Shown here in pieces: positions 27,141 to 27,681 of a DNA stretch of 27,681 bases. Positions within the stretch are counted from its first letter, which is position 1, and every line of letters begins with the position of its first letter. Both the position numbers and the translations under genes were made by a program. Under the pieces are notes generated by a model, which saw only the letters and a list, made by a program, of their open reading frames with translations, was not told the origin of the DNA and did no database searches. This DNA is from an uncultured Phycisphaerales bacterium (GTDB lineage: Bacteria; Planctomycetota; Phycisphaerae; Phycisphaerales; SM1A02), in the NCBI GenBank assembly GCA_938084645.1, contig CALKEP010000051.1:1-27681 (forward strand), in the 5' to 3' direction.

Positions 27141-27681
27141 CCACCCCCGACACGTTCCGCGTCTACAAGGGTGACGGCGATCGACTCGTCGAGGCGAGTC
27201 GGGAGACCCAGCGGCTCGTCATGCTGCCTGCGGGCGATCCCCGGATGGTCCGCGCCCAGCGTCGGATCCGGATCCAGTGGGGCCAGCACCTCCTCGATGA
27301 TGTGCTCGACGGTCGATATCGCACCGTGATCTGCGGTGTGAACGACGAGAACAACGACCGTGGCATCCTCGGCGAACTCTTCAAGCTCATTCCCACGAGC
27401 CAGTGGACGCTGGCGAGCGCGACGAGCTACGCGAAGATGTTCCGCGACTCGGTCTCCGTGCACGCTCGGGAGGACCGGGAACCGTACGTCCTGAAGTTCG
27501 ATCTCGATCGGCTTCTGATCCTCGCGCTGCTTCGGCCCGCGGGCCGCGATCACTTCACGCTCGAGGACGTCTTCCGAGGCTTCCGCACCATCTCGAAGAT
27601 GCTGGAAGGCCGCCGGGATCGATACCCGGTCGCGACGGTCTCGTTCCTCGGGGCTCGTTCGAATCGCCTGATCGCCCACGA
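27137..27681 (+). CDS. Hypothetical protein, possibly a divergent macrodomain; runs off the right edge
   Basis: Not in the ORF track. ATG 27137 overlaps the cyclophilin stop (ATGA) and is open for 181 codons: [21 protein letters not shown]...[40 protein letters not shown]...[17 protein letters not shown]. Confidence 0.8.
   Translation, partial: MTTPDTFRVYKGDGDRLVEASRETQRLVMLPAGDPRMVRAQRRIRIQWGQHLLDDVLDGRYRTVICGVNDENNDRGILGELFKLIPTSQWTLASATSYAKMFRDSVSVHAREDREPYVLKFDLDRLLILALLRPAGRDHFTLEDVFRGFRTISKMLEGRRDRYPVATVSFLGARSNRLIAH

Noticed and set aside
26885..27679. 264-aa minus-strand ORF at the right edge
   Set aside because: Antisense to the cyclophilin and to the ATGA-coupled plus-strand ORF starting at 27137.

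Overview
GC-rich (roughly two-thirds GC by eye), gene-dense bacterial chromosomal segment. The C-terminal dockerin-like tags suggest Planctomycetota/Phycisphaerales (inference). Minus strand, in transcription order: HU; an isolated motA-motB stator pair; a secreted subtilase-like protein; an orphan FbpB-type ABC permease; and a partial complex I cluster nuoD-nuoE-(84-aa ORF)-nuoF running into ybeY, a 57-aa ORF and an NAD-dependent epimerase cut by the left edge. The middle holds a D-2-hydroxyacid dehydrogenase, a ScyD/ScyE-like protein, enolase, a small lipoprotein, a glutaryl-CoA dehydrogenase-like gene divergent from an acyl-CoA ligase, and a heterodimeric ABC exporter. The right end has a System II cytochrome c biogenesis pair (ResB/CcsB + CcsA) with a coupled unknown ORF, and a cyclophilin coupled to a possible divergent macrodomain protein cut by the right edge. 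I found no tRNA, rRNA, CRISPR array or mobile element. The window is mostly housekeeping and I cannot demonstrate a new multi-gene system. Best leads: the orphan stator with a degenerate peptidoglycan-binding motif, the shared dockerin-like tag, the ORF between nuoE and nuoF, two ORFs missed by the ORF track, and the split CcsBA.
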